Shown here: positions 37,797 to 47,212 of the stretch, one piece after another | How positions within the stretch are numbered: the first letter of the stretch is position 1 | Layout of the letters: the number at the start of each line of letters is the position of its first letter | Assembly (NCBI GenBank): GCA_047516945.1 | Contig: JAKZTU010000001.1 | Span: 1 to 48,227 of the forward strand | DNA length: 48,227 nucleotides | From: Acidimicrobiales bacterium | GTDB lineage: Bacteria > Actinomycetota > Acidimicrobiia > Acidimicrobiales > Aldehydirespiratoraceae | Direction: 5' to 3' | Made by a program: the position numbers and the translations under genes | The notes under the pieces: generated by a model | What the model was told of the DNA's origin: nothing | Databases searched by the model: none | Seen by the model: only the letters and a program-made list of their open reading frames with translations

Positions 37797-38954
37797 ATGT
37801 TCGATTCGATGATCCAACAGGCCCGGCAGGTGACGACTTCTGGGCTTTGCCGTGGTGAGTTGGAGGGTCTGGTGGCGGGTGCTGGGCGGGCTGTGGCGGC
37901 GTTGTCTGCGTTGCAGACGCGGTGCGCGACTGAGATTGAAGCGTTGGATGATGGCGGGGTGAACTCCAAAACCGTTTTACGCGAGCAGGGGCGTATGTCG
38001 ACTCGTGCGGCCAACTCTGTCGCGAAGACTGCTGCTGGTTTGGCTGAGATGCCGAAACTGGCCGAATCGTTGGCTGAAGGCACGATCACCGCAGAGCATG
38101 CGGCTGTAGCAGTCGCCGCGGCAGCCAAGACTTCGGCTGAACAAGTCGAAGACGAACTGTCGAAGCTTGCGGAGACATCGTCTGTTGACGCGTTTACAGA
38201 ACAGTCACGGCGTTGGGTGAACCGCAACCAACCCGACGACGGCGCTGAGTTGTATAAACAGCAGCGCCGTAATCGGTTGTTGAAGCATTGGATCAACGAA
38301 GAAGGCATGGGTGTGCTGTTGGCTGAGTTGGATCCGACCAGCTATCAACAAGTGGTCAAAGAAATCAACGTTGAATACGACCGGTTGTGGCGTGACGACG
38401 GTGGCCGCGACGGCAAACCCGACGATGTGCGAACAACACCACAACGAATGGCCGACGCGTTCGTGGCGCTGTTGACAGACCCGACCCGCCGCGGGCCCGG
38501 TAGTACACGGATGCAACTCATCGCAGTAGCCGACATTGAACGCCTACGAGGTGACAACCCGACAGGGGTCGCTGAGATCGTCGGTGGTGAAGCCCTACCA
38601 CAGACCGTGTTGGAACAGTTGATGTGCACCGCGGCTGTCACCGGAGTCGTCTTTGACGGCAAAGGTCAACCCCTCTGGGTGGGGCGCACCCATCGACACG
38701 CAACCGAGGCTCAAGTCAAAGCCATCATCGCCCGTGACCGGCACTGCACAGGCAAAGACTGCACCGCAGGTCCCGAACGCTGCGAAATCCATCACATCGT
38801 GCCCTGGGAACAAGGCGGACCAACCGACATCGACTCCATGTGTCTCGCCTGCCCACACTGCCATCACAACATCCACGACCGTGGCTACATCGTCATCAAA
38901 ACCAACACCGGCTACAAAATCATCAACCCCAACAACCCACCCAACGGTCCCTAA
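37797..38954 (+). CDS. DUF222 + HNH endonuclease (13E12/REP13E12-like)
   Basis: LAEGTITAEHA, RTTPQRMADA, and GRTHRHAT..IIARDRHC...C...CEIHHIVPWEQGGPTDIDSMCLACPHCHHNIH. Confidence 0.9.
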   Translation: MFDSMIQQARQVTTSGLCRGELEGLVAGAGRAVAALSALQTRCATEIEALDDGGVNSKTVLREQGRMSTRAANSVAKTAAGLAEMPKLAESLAEGTITAEHAAVAVAAAAKTSAEQVEDELSKLAETSSVDAFTEQSRRWVNRNQPDDGAELYKQQRRNRLLKHWINEEGMGVLLAELDPTSYQQVVKEINVEYDRLWRDDGGRDGKPDDVRTTPQRMADAFVALLTDPTRRGPGSTRMQLIAVADIERLRGDNPTGVAEIVGGEALPQTVLEQLMCTAAVTGVVFDGKGQPLWVGRTHRHATEAQVKAIIARDRHCTGKDCTAGPERCEIHHIVPWEQGGPTDIDSMCLACPHCHHNIHDRGYIVIKTNTGYKIINPNNPPNGP

Positions 38955-39167
38955 CCAGCACCAACCGCCTGCCAGCCTGCGAAAAGGGCCGACCACACAA
39001 TCAGCCACACCGGTCACGGGGATCAGCAACCGTGGTTTGGTTCGGGCTGTTCAGCCAACAACCCACCACATTGCCCCTAACCGCCCAACCCCGTGAAGGC
39101 ACAGCCTACGAGCCGACAGCCCGACTGGTGTCGGTTGGATCGCTAGCGAGTGACGCGGGCGGGACGC

Positions 39168-39827
39168 CTACGGTGGTGTGGAGTCGGAGTCGGGGGGATG
39201 GGTGACTTTAAGGGACAAGAAGCGGAGTGGGAGTTCGATCAGCGCGGTGGGACCGTGTGTCACCTCACCCCGAAATTGCATGGAGTCGCCTGTGTTGAGC
39301 ACGTACCGCTTGGTCCCGTAGCCGTACTCGACGCAGCCCTCAAGGATGTATATGAACTCCACGCCACCGTGTTGGAATAGCGGGAAAACCTCGTCGGGTT
39401 CGGTGATTGTGACGTACAGCGATTCGATCTCACGGGTTGGACCTCGCAGCGATCCGAGATCGCGATACACCCTGCCGGGTCCAGCACCTTCGTGAATGAT
39501 CTCCATCCCTTGTCCCGCTGGGACGATCACTGCATCGCGTTCTTCGTCCAGCCCTCGAAAAAAGGCTGTGAAGGGAACCTCGGCCGCGTCAGCCAAGCTG
39601 ATGAGTGTGCTGAAACTTGGTGAGGTCTGCCCATGCTCGACTTTGGAGAGCATCCCGATTGATAGTCCCGCGGCGTCTGCGAATTGCTCCATGGTCAAGC
39701 CCATGCCCACCCGGAGTTCACGCACTCGCCGACCAACGCTCTCGCACACCTCATCGGTTGTCAGTCGGCCTGTTCGGCTGTCGCTGACGGTCAGCGGCGC
39801 TTCTGGGTCGCTTCCTTCAGGTGGCAT
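39168..39827 (-). CDS. XRE-HTH/cupin transcriptional regulator
   Basis: VGRRVRELR..GLSIGMLSKVEHGQTSPS and FQHGGVEFIYILEG..F.GEVTHGP. Typical neighbour of gmaS/mgs clusters. Confidence 0.9.
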   Translation of the reverse strand: MPPEGSDPEAPLTVSDSRTGRLTTDEVCESVGRRVRELRVGMGLTMEQFADAAGLSIGMLSKVEHGQTSPSFSTLISLADAAEVPFTAFFRGLDEERDAVIVPAGQGMEIIHEGAGPGRVYRDLGSLRGPTREIESLYVTITEPDEVFPLFQHGGVEFIYILEGCVEYGYGTKRYVLNTGDSMQFRGEVTHGPTALIELPLRFLSLKVTHPPDSDSTPP

Positions 39828-39844
39828 GTTGGTGGCGTCGATTC

Positions 39845-41200
39845 TCAGAACAGAGTGAGGTACTGGTCGATCTCAGATTGGGTGACCTGGTGATGGTGGG
39901 CCATGAACTCAGCTTTTTTGGTCTTTACAAAATAGTCCCGATAGGAGCCGTCGGGGGTCATCCCGAGTCCTTTCTCAAGCACATCGCAGGTGGCCAGGTT
40001 TTCTGCTGCATGCAGCAAAGTTGGCGGCAACGTGACGATCCCTCGGTCTGCGATCTCTTCAGCGGAGAGCTTGAACAAGTTGTCCTCATTCGGTGGACCG
40101 GGGTCGACGCCTCGGTCAATACCGTCGAGTCCGCAAGCAAGCATCGCCGCGAACATCAGGTATGGATTCGCTGCTCCATCGGGGAGACGGAGTTCCAACC
40201 GGTCCGGCTCGGGTACGCGGATCATCTGGGTGCGGTTGTTGCCCCCATACGCCGCGTAAGCCGGTGCCCATGTCGCCCCCGATGCTGGGGCACCCACCCC
40301 CATTCGCTTGTAGGAGTTGACGATTGGGCAGAGGATTGCGACAAGCGACGGGGCATGTTCGATCAACCCGGCCGCGAACTGATAGGCTAGGTCGCTCAAC
40401 CCCAAGCCTTTGGAGTCATCGTCGCCTCCAACGAAGAGCGGCTCGTTGTCGAGCGACCAAAGGCTTGAATGAGCATGGAGTCCGTTGCCGGTCTTGTCAG
40501 CGAAGGGTTTGGGCATGAACGTCGCATAGCGGCCATCGCGGGTGGCCATTGTGTGGATCATCAACCGGAACAGCACCAGCCGATCAGCGGTTGTGATGGC
40601 ATCGGCATACTGCCAGTTCTGTTCGAACTGGCCGTTAGCGTCCTCATGGTCGTTGGCGTAGTTGCCCCATCCCATGACGTTGAGATTGCGTGAGACTTCG
40701 GTGAGGTGGGGCAGCATGCGGGTGAGGCCCTTGGCGTCATAGCAGGGTTGTTCGTCTACGTCACGCTCGTCTGCGACCACGATTGACCCGTCGGGGTTCC
40801 TGTTGACCAGGGAATACTCGGCTTCGACACCCGCGTTGAACACCAAACCACGCGACGTGAGACCGTCGAGCGCTTGGCGCAGGATCACGCGTGGTGCATA
40901 GGGCCAGAGTTCGCCTTCAACGGTTGGGTCGCATTGCAAGGCGGCGACATTGGGTTGCCATGGCAACTGGGTGTAGGAAGCGGGATCGGGAATGGCCAAG
41001 ATGTCGGGGCTGGACGGGTCCTGGCCAATGGGACCCGCGGCAAAACCTGCGAATCCGGCACCTTCGTTCATCACGGTCTCGAGCGCTTCAACCGGAACTA
41101 GCTTGGCGCACGGTTTGCCGTGCATCTCCACAAACATTGCGTAGATGAAGTCGACACCATCGTTTTCGACCCGTGCTTTGATTTCTTCGTATGCGCCCAT
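39845..41200 (-). CDS. gmaS: Type III glutamate-ammonia ligase / gamma-glutamylmethylamide synthetase
   Basis: KPCAKLVP..GAGFAGFAA, QPCYD, YANDHEDANGQFEQN, ATFMPKPF and SGATWAP..GGNNRTQMIR. Adjacent to mgsABC; start taken as the ATG at 41200. Confidence 0.85.
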   Translation of the reverse strand: MGAYEEIKARVENDGVDFIYAMFVEMHGKPCAKLVPVEALETVMNEGAGFAGFAAGPIGQDPSSPDILAIPDPASYTQLPWQPNVAALQCDPTVEGELWPYAPRVILRQALDGLTSRGLVFNAGVEAEYSLVNRNPDGSIVVADERDVDEQPCYDAKGLTRMLPHLTEVSRNLNVMGWGNYANDHEDANGQFEQNWQYADAITTADRLVLFRLMIHTMATRDGRYATFMPKPFADKTGNGLHAHSSLWSLDNEPLFVGGDDDSKGLGLSDLAYQFAAGLIEHAPSLVAILCPIVNSYKRMGVGAPASGATWAPAYAAYGGNNRTQMIRVPEPDRLELRLPDGAANPYLMFAAMLACGLDGIDRGVDPGPPNEDNLFKLSAEEIADRGIVTLPPTLLHAAENLATCDVLEKGLGMTPDGSYRDYFVKTKKAEFMAHHHQVTQSEIDQYLTLF

Positions 41201-41236
41201 CGGCAACTCCTTCGTCTGAACTGAACCTGTGCGCGA

Positions 41237-41278
41237 TTCACCTGAGGAAACCTCTACTGTAGGTGAAATCTCTTCACC
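41237..41278. promoter_or_regulatory. Overlapping inverted repeats (candidate operators) in the gmaS-mgsA intergenic region
   Basis: TTCACCT...AGGTGAA and GGTGAA-ATCTC-TTCACC. Confidence 0.45.
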
Positions 41279-41314
41279 GTTGTCAAGAGACGCGGCTAAG
41301 GTTTGCGAACGTGC

Positions 41315-41353
41315 CCGAGGTAAACCGCCGAGGTAAACAGCCGAGGTAAACCG
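41315..41353. repeat. 3 x 13-bp tandem direct repeat
   Basis: CCGAGGTAAACCG / CCGAGGTAAACAG / CCGAGGTAAACCG. Confidence 0.9.
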
Positions 41354-41388
41354 CCCGAAGTATTTTCTCCGAGGAGTTGAACTCAAGC

Positions 41389-42288
41389 ATGTGTGGGATT
41401 GTCGGTTTGTTCCTGAAAACTGCGACTTACCGCGACGAACTGGGAAGGCTCACCGCGGTCATGCTGCATGAAATGCGTGAACGAGGCCCCGACAGCGCCG
41501 GATTCGCCGTCTACGACCAAGGTGACAGCGAACGAACAAGGATCACCGTGCTGGTGACCGACGATTCGATCAACCGTCCCCAAACAGCCGACGCCTTAGA
41601 AGCCGAGCTCGGAGCCGAAGTCACCTTGCGAGAAGTTCATGACCACGCCGTGTTCGAAACGACCGGAGACGGTCGTGTTGCGCGCCAATGGCTTATCGAC
41701 AACGTGACAGGAGTCGATGTATTGAGCTATGGCCAACAGATCGAGCTCTATAAGTCGGTGGGCGATCCTGATCTGGTCGCCACCCGCTACGACCTCGCGT
41801 CACGCCGCGGTACACACGCCATCGCCCACACTCGAATGGCTACCGAGTCCGCCGTCACCACCAACGGATCGCACCCCTTTGTAACCGGGGCCGACACTTG
41901 CTTGGTCCACAACGGCTCACTGTCGAATCACAACCAACTTCGAGAACGGTTGGTTCAGCGAGGCGAGTCGTTCCAGACCGAAAACGATTCCGAAGTCGCT
42001 GCTGGATACCTCGCCTGGAAACTGCGCACCGGCGACACCATCGATGGCGCGCTCACCAGTGCTTTGACCGATCTCGACGGTTTCTACACTTTCGCCATCG
42101 GCGTTAAGAACGGTTTTGCGATCCTTCGAGATCCGATTGCATGCAAGCCGGCTGTCGTGGCTGAAACCGACGATTGGGTAGCGATGTCGTCGGAGTACCG
42201 AGCAATCGCCCAACTCCCCGACGTAAGCCATGCAGAGATATTTGAACCTAAACCGTCACGCGTCTACTCATGGAGCCTGGCCTCATGA
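41389..42288 (+). CDS. mgsA: N-methylglutamate synthase subunit A (class II glutamine amidotransferase, GlxB)
   Basis: MCGIVG, RGPDSAG, HTRMATES, VHNGSLSNHN, ENDSEV and RDPIACKP. Confidence 0.9.
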   Translation: MCGIVGLFLKTATYRDELGRLTAVMLHEMRERGPDSAGFAVYDQGDSERTRITVLVTDDSINRPQTADALEAELGAEVTLREVHDHAVFETTGDGRVARQWLIDNVTGVDVLSYGQQIELYKSVGDPDLVATRYDLASRRGTHAIAHTRMATESAVTTNGSHPFVTGADTCLVHNGSLSNHNQLRERLVQRGESFQTENDSEVAAGYLAWKLRTGDTIDGALTSALTDLDGFYTFAIGVKNGFAILRDPIACKPAVVAETDDWVAMSSEYRAIAQLPDVSHAEIFEPKPSRVYSWSLAS

Positions 42289-42980
42289 CCATCTCGATCG
42301 ACCTCTCGCAGGTAACGCTACGTGAACTGAACAAGCGCCTGCACCAAACCGATCAAGGTCATTTTGTTGTGCGCAATCCACGCGGGGCTCATGCATTGGC
42401 GGTCGGGATCACTTCGGCGGTCACTGTCGATGTTGAAGGATCCGTCGGTTACTTCTGTGCTGGGATGAACATGACGGGCACGGTGCGCGTCGACGGCAAC
42501 GCCAGCACCGGACTCGCTGAGAACATCATGTCGGGGATGGTGCGGATAACCGGTAACGCCACGATGTCGGCGGGCGCTACGGGTCATGGCGGTTTGGTAG
42601 TCATTGAAGGCAACGCTGGGGCTCGCTGCGGTATTTCCATGAAAGGCGTCGACATTGTGGTCGGTGGCCATGTCGGGCATATGAGCGCATTCATGGCTCA
42701 AGCCGGCAACCTCGTCGTGCTCGGTGACGCCGCCCACGACCTCGGCGATTCGATATATGAAGCTGAGGTGTTTGTGCGGGGCAAGGTCGCATCGTTGGGA
42801 TCTGATTGCGTGGAAAAAGAAATGACCCCGCAACACCTGGACACGCTCAGCCGCCTGCTCACAGCCGCAGAAATGTCTGCCGAACCAAGCGACTTTCGTC
42901 TCTACGGATCAGCCCGAGAGCTCTACAACTTCCATGTTGACGACGTTGATGCGGCCGCTGCAGCGAAAGGACGGCCATGA
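42285..42980 (+). CDS. mgsB: N-methylglutamate synthase subunit B (GXGXG beta-helix, GlxC)
   Basis: LRELNKRL, NPRGAHALAVG, ENIMSG, RCGISMKG and GSARELYNF. Confidence 0.9.
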   Translation: MTISIDLSQVTLRELNKRLHQTDQGHFVVRNPRGAHALAVGITSAVTVDVEGSVGYFCAGMNMTGTVRVDGNASTGLAENIMSGMVRITGNATMSAGATGHGGLVVIEGNAGARCGISMKGVDIVVGGHVGHMSAFMAQAGNLVVLGDAAHDLGDSIYEAEVFVRGKVASLGSDCVEKEMTPQHLDTLSRLLTAAEMSAEPSDFRLYGSARELYNFHVDDVDAAAAAKGRP

Positions 42981-44293
42981 ACCAACAGAGATGGCACCAC
43001 CGAGAGTCCTACACGTTTGACCGCAATGTGATCGCGGAGATCCGGCGGGCGGCCAACACCGGGATCTACCGGATTCGAGGTTGGGGAGCCAAGCGGGAAC
43101 TGCCCACCTTCGATGATCTCGTGTTCCTCGGTGCTTCGATGTCGCGCTACCCGTTGGAGGGTTACCGCGAGGCGTGTGCCACCGATCTTGTGATTGGTGA
43201 GGCGCGTGCCGAGCGACCCGTTCGTCTCGCCATTCCGATCACCATCGCAGGGATGAGTTTCGGGTCGTTGTCGGCGCAGGCAAAAGAAGCTCTCGGTCGG
43301 GGTGCTACCGCGGCTGGTACCTCTACAACTACCGGGGACGGCGGTATGACGGCTGAGGAGCGCGGACACTCCAAGACGCTTGTGTACCAGTACTTGCCGT
43401 CGCGTTACGGCATGAACCCAGATGATCTGCGCCGCGCTGACGCTATTGAGGTAGTTGTTGGGCAAGGTGCCAAACCAGGTGGCGGCGGGATACTGCTAGG
43501 GCAGAAGATCAATGAACGCGTGGCGGAGATGCGTACGCTCCCCGAGGGGATCGATCAGCGGTCAGCGTGTCGTCATCCCGACTGGACTGGTCCTGACGAC
43601 CTGATGATCAAGATCATCGAACTGCGCGAGATCGTCGATTGGCAGGTTCCGATCTATGTCAAGGTTGGGGCCGCTCGCCCGTACTACGACACCTGCTTGG
43701 CGATCAAGGCGGGTGCCGACGCGATAGTTGTCGACGGTATGCAGGGGGGCACAGCAGCCACGCAAGATGTCTTTATCGAACATGTCGGTATCCCCACGAT
43801 CGCTGCTGTTCCGGAGTCGGTGCGCGCGCTCAAGGAACTCGGTGTCCATCGTGAGGTGAAACTGATCGCTGCTGGGGGGATTCGTTCTGGTGCCGATGTG
43901 GCTAAGGCAATAGCGTTGGGGGCCGACGCGGTTTCGCTCGGCACTGCCGCACTGATCGCCATCGGAGACAACGATCCCGCCCTTGACGAGCAGTATCGGG
44001 AATTGGGTTCGGCGGCCGGTTTTTGGGAGGACTTTCAAGCAGGCAACGACCCGGCGGGAATCACCACGCAGGAACCTGAGTTGGTGAGCCGCCTTGATCC
44101 AGAACTGGCCGGTCGTCGCTTGGCCAACTATTTGCAGGTTTTGACCCTTGAGCTTCAGACGCTGGCTCGGGCCAACGGAAAGTCTCATGTCCACAACCTT
44201 GAACCTGAGGATCTGGCCGCTCTTACGGTGGAGGCAGCAGCCATGGCCAGGGTGCCGCTCGCGGGCACGGAATGGATTCCCGGTAGTTCTTGA
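42977..44293 (+). CDS. mgsC: N-methylglutamate synthase subunit C (FMN-binding glutamate synthase family, GlxD)
   Basis: SMSRYPLEGYRE, AGMSFGSLS, TTTGDGGM, GQGAKPGGGG and RSACRHPDWTGPDDL. Confidence 0.92.
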   Translation: MNQQRWHHRESYTFDRNVIAEIRRAANTGIYRIRGWGAKRELPTFDDLVFLGASMSRYPLEGYREACATDLVIGEARAERPVRLAIPITIAGMSFGSLSAQAKEALGRGATAAGTSTTTGDGGMTAEERGHSKTLVYQYLPSRYGMNPDDLRRADAIEVVVGQGAKPGGGGILLGQKINERVAEMRTLPEGIDQRSACRHPDWTGPDDLMIKIIELREIVDWQVPIYVKVGAARPYYDTCLAIKAGADAIVVDGMQGGTAATQDVFIEHVGIPTIAAVPESVRALKELGVHREVKLIAAGGIRSGADVAKAIALGADAVSLGTAALIAIGDNDPALDEQYRELGSAAGFWEDFQAGNDPAGITTQEPELVSRLDPELAGRRLANYLQVLTLELQTLARANGKSHVHNLEPEDLAALTVEAAAMARVPLAGTEWIPGSS

Positions 44294-44307
44294 CGGAGAA
44301 TACACCG

Positions 44308-45090
44308 ATGGCTCTGGCTGACTTCCGTATCGAACCGTTCTCACACGGAGGTATCACTCACGACGTCTACTTCGCCGGTGACGGCCCCTGCGTTCTGGTG
44401 GCGTCAGAAATCCCAGGAATCACCCCCGAAGTAATCCGATTCGCCGAAGACCTGTTGGCTGCCGGTTTCGCGGTTGCGATGCCATCTATGTTCGGGGTTC
44501 CCGGCCAGGAACCCACAGCTGGGCGGATAACCAGGACCCTCGCACGGGCCTGCATCAGCGCCGAGTTCCACGCGATGGCTACCCGCGACAACTCCAAGGC
44601 CACCGAATGGCTTCGCGGTCTCGCCCGCAAGCTTCACGCCGACCACGGCGGGCCGGGCATTGGTTTTGTGGGGATGTGTTTCACCGGCGGATTCGGGCTG
44701 GCGATGCTGCTCGACGAGGCGGTGATCGCGCCGGTGCTTTCGCAGCCGACGCTGCCCTTCCCTATTGGCGCGAAACGTCGGGCAAACACGGGACTTGACG
44801 AAGAGCAACTCTCTGCGGTGGCGCAACGGGCGGCCGAGGGCTGCGCTGTTCTGGGTCTTCGCTTCACGGGTGACCCGATGGTGCCAGCCGAGCGTTTCGC
44901 CACGCTGCGAGAGGCCTTGGGAGAGAACTTCATCGGTGTCGAGATTCCGAGTCCCGACCCAGATCACGGAATCCCAAAGAACGCTCACAGTGTGCTGACT
45001 GAGGAGCGCTCCGATGCCCACGGTCATCCCACCAAGGAGTCGTTCGATCGGGTAGTGGCCTTCCTTACGGCGCACCTCCAGGGAAAATAG
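44308..45090 (+). CDS. Dienelactone hydrolase family protein
   Basis: SEIPGITP, GFVGMCFTGGFGL, GLRFTGD and AHSVLT. Confidence 0.88.
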   Translation: MALADFRIEPFSHGGITHDVYFAGDGPCVLVASEIPGITPEVIRFAEDLLAAGFAVAMPSMFGVPGQEPTAGRITRTLARACISAEFHAMATRDNSKATEWLRGLARKLHADHGGPGIGFVGMCFTGGFGLAMLLDEAVIAPVLSQPTLPFPIGAKRRANTGLDEEQLSAVAQRAAEGCAVLGLRFTGDPMVPAERFATLREALGENFIGVEIPSPDPDHGIPKNAHSVLTEERSDAHGHPTKESFDRVVAFLTAHLQGK

Positions 45091-45116
45091 CGAGATTCTC
45101 TACTACGGTCGCAGGT

Positions 45117-46604
45117 ATGGACCGTCGCCAATTCTTACAATCCGGAGTTTTTGCGGCTGGTGGCGCCACCGCATTTCCTCTTTTCGTAGCCGCTACGGCC
45201 GGGGCTCAGGCTTCAGGCGAGAGCCCTTACGGATCTTTGGAAGGCATCGCGCCGGATGCCAACGGAATGATCCTTCCGCCCGGCTTCACGTCTCGTGTTG
45301 TTGCCGTCGCGGGTGAACCGGTGGGCGACACCGACTTCGAATGGCACATATTTCCAGATGGCGCTGCGACCTTCGACGACGGCAACGGTGGCTGGATTCA
45401 TACCGTCAACAGTGAAGTGTTCCTCGCGGGCGCCGCAGGTGTGAGCGCTATTCACTACGACGCCGACGGCAACATCATCGACGCGTACCCGCTCCTGCGA
45501 AATAGCAATTCCAACTGCGGTGGGGGTCCGAGTCCATGGGGAACGTTTCTCTCAGGCGAAGAGGTTTTTGCCTCTGGTGGATATCTCTGGGAGTGTGACC
45601 CGACTGGTGCCACCGAGCCGAAGGCACATGCTGCAATGGGCTTTTTTGTTCACGAGGCCGCAGCCGTCGATCCTGTGCGGGAGCAGGTGTATCAGACCGA
45701 GGACATGCTCGATGGTCGCCTCTACCGCTACAGCCCCCACAACTATCCCGACTTGAGCAGCGGATTGCTTGAGGCCGCCGCGGTCGCAGACGACGGGTCG
45801 GTGTCATGGATCGAGGTACCTGATCCGTCGGCCGCGGAAACACCTACTCGTCAACAGGTTCCGGAATCGACCGGGTTCCTTGGTGGTGAGGGCATCTGGT
45901 ACTTCGACGACTGGATCTTCTTCTCAACGAAGTTCAACAACAAGATCCACGGGATTGACCTCGTCAACTCGACCCACACCTTGCTTTATGACCCGAACCC
46001 CGAAGATGTTGCCGCTGGCACCGCGGTGTTGTCGGGCGTCGACAACCTCACGGTTGATGCCGGATCGGGTGACATCTTCGTGGCTGAGGATGGCGGCAAC
46101 ATGGAGGTGGTCATCATTACGCCCGACGGGGTTGTCGCACCGTTCGCCCGGCTTGTCGACCAGGACAACTCCGAGATCACCGGACCGGTGTTCAACCCGC
46201 GTCGCGACCGTCTCTACTTCTCGAGTCAGCGGGGCCCGTCCCCGAGGCCGATTGGCGACATCAACCCGATGGTGGTCACCGAGGACCGCTTCGGCGGTAT
46301 CACCTATGAGGTATCCGGACCGTTCCGAGGGATCGTGGAGGAGGTCGCTGAGGTACCCGAGACGACGACCACCACGACCGCAGCGGCTACAACCACGGAG
46401 CCGCCAGCCACGACACAAGCGCCGACCACAACCGCCGCACCTACAACAACGGTGCCGTCACCCACTACGACTATTGCTCAGATAGCTGAGGAATCGGGCG
46501 GTGATGGTGGTTCCGGTACGGGCATCGCCATCGGTATCGGCGCGGCCGCGGTGATCGCCGTGGGGGCAGGGGTGGTCGGCCTACGCCGCCGCGCCAGTTC
46601 CTAA
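45117..46604 (+). CDS. phoX: Tat-exported PhoX-like alkaline phosphatase (DUF839) with Thr/Pro linker and C-terminal membrane anchor
   Basis: MDRRQFL Tat motif; PDGAA, NSE, NCGGGPSPWGTFLSGEE, HEAAAVD, GEG, VDNL..AEDG and SEITGP; TM helix followed by RRR. Confidence 0.8.
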   Translation: MDRRQFLQSGVFAAGGATAFPLFVAATAGAQASGESPYGSLEGIAPDANGMILPPGFTSRVVAVAGEPVGDTDFEWHIFPDGAATFDDGNGGWIHTVNSEVFLAGAAGVSAIHYDADGNIIDAYPLLRNSNSNCGGGPSPWGTFLSGEEVFASGGYLWECDPTGATEPKAHAAMGFFVHEAAAVDPVREQVYQTEDMLDGRLYRYSPHNYPDLSSGLLEAAAVADDGSVSWIEVPDPSAAETPTRQQVPESTGFLGGEGIWYFDDWIFFSTKFNNKIHGIDLVNSTHTLLYDPNPEDVAAGTAVLSGVDNLTVDAGSGDIFVAEDGGNMEVVIITPDGVVAPFARLVDQDNSEITGPVFNPRRDRLYFSSQRGPSPRPIGDINPMVVTEDRFGGITYEVSGPFRGIVEEVAEVPETTTTTTAAATTTEPPATTQAPTTTAAPTTTVPSPTTTIAQIAEESGGDGGSGTGIAIGIGAAAVIAVGAGVVGLRRRASS

Positions 46605-46657
46605 CCAGGCTGTCTTTTTCTTTGAGTCGATAGGCGGGGAAGGTTACGATCAGGGGG

Positions 46658-47212
46658 ATGGATGTTGTCGTTGCGTTGCACGTAGCCGCAGCGCTGCTCT
46701 TGATCGTGGCGGGCGTCGCCAAGATAGTTCGGCCAGTACCAACGACGGATCTTTTGGCCTCGGTCGGTTTGCCAGAGGTGCCTGCGGCGGTCGTTGTTAT
46801 CGGGGTTGTCGAATCTGTGGTTGGTGTCTTGGCGCTGGTGGTCGGGGGGCCGCTGTTGGCCGCGGCGACGGGTGCGCTCTACTTGGGATTTTTTGCGGTG
46901 GTTTGGCGAGCGCTCGTCACTGGTGCCACAACCTGTGGCTGTTTCGGTCGGGCCAACTCGCCGCCATCGTGGCTTCATGTAGTCGGCAACGCCACCTTTG
47001 CTGTGGCGTCATTTGTTGCAGTTGCTGGGCAGACGCCGACACAGGTCATGGCTGACCAGCCTGCAAGCGGAATTGGTTTTGTGCTCGGGTCCGGAGTGAT
47101 CGCAGGTTTGGCTCTGGTTGCGTTCACCGCGGTGCCCGAAGCGCTCGCCGCGCGCAGCGGTACCCCGTCATCGGCGAGCTTCCACATCAACGGCGAGCGC
47201 CACAAACGATGA
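46658..47212 (+). CDS. mauE: MauE/DoxX-family membrane protein
   Basis: LLLIVAGVAKI, IGVVES, and TCGCFG..HVVGN (MauE CGCFG signature). Confidence 0.82.
   Translation: MDVVVALHVAAALLLIVAGVAKIVRPVPTTDLLASVGLPEVPAAVVVIGVVESVVGVLALVVGGPLLAAATGALYLGFFAVVWRALVTGATTCGCFGRANSPPSWLHVVGNATFAVASFVAVAGQTPTQVMADQPASGIGFVLGSGVIAGLALVAFTAVPEALAARSGTPSSASFHINGERHKR

Noticed and set aside
37791-37804. LexA (SOS) box at the DUF222 start
   Set aside because: Only the GTTCGA half-site is present; the TCGAAC half is missing.
41315-41353. Possible mini-CRISPR or iteron origin
   Set aside because: Only three contiguous 13-bp units, with no spacers and no rep gene. Retained as a regulatory or VNTR candidate.
41201-41386. 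N-terminal extension of gmaS in the 513-aa ORF
   Set aside because: It runs through the repeat-containing intergenic region. A GGAG RBS precedes the ATG at 41200.
46360-46475. ACN-rich repetitive DNA
   Set aside because: Explained by the Thr/Pro/Ala linker of the PhoX-like protein.
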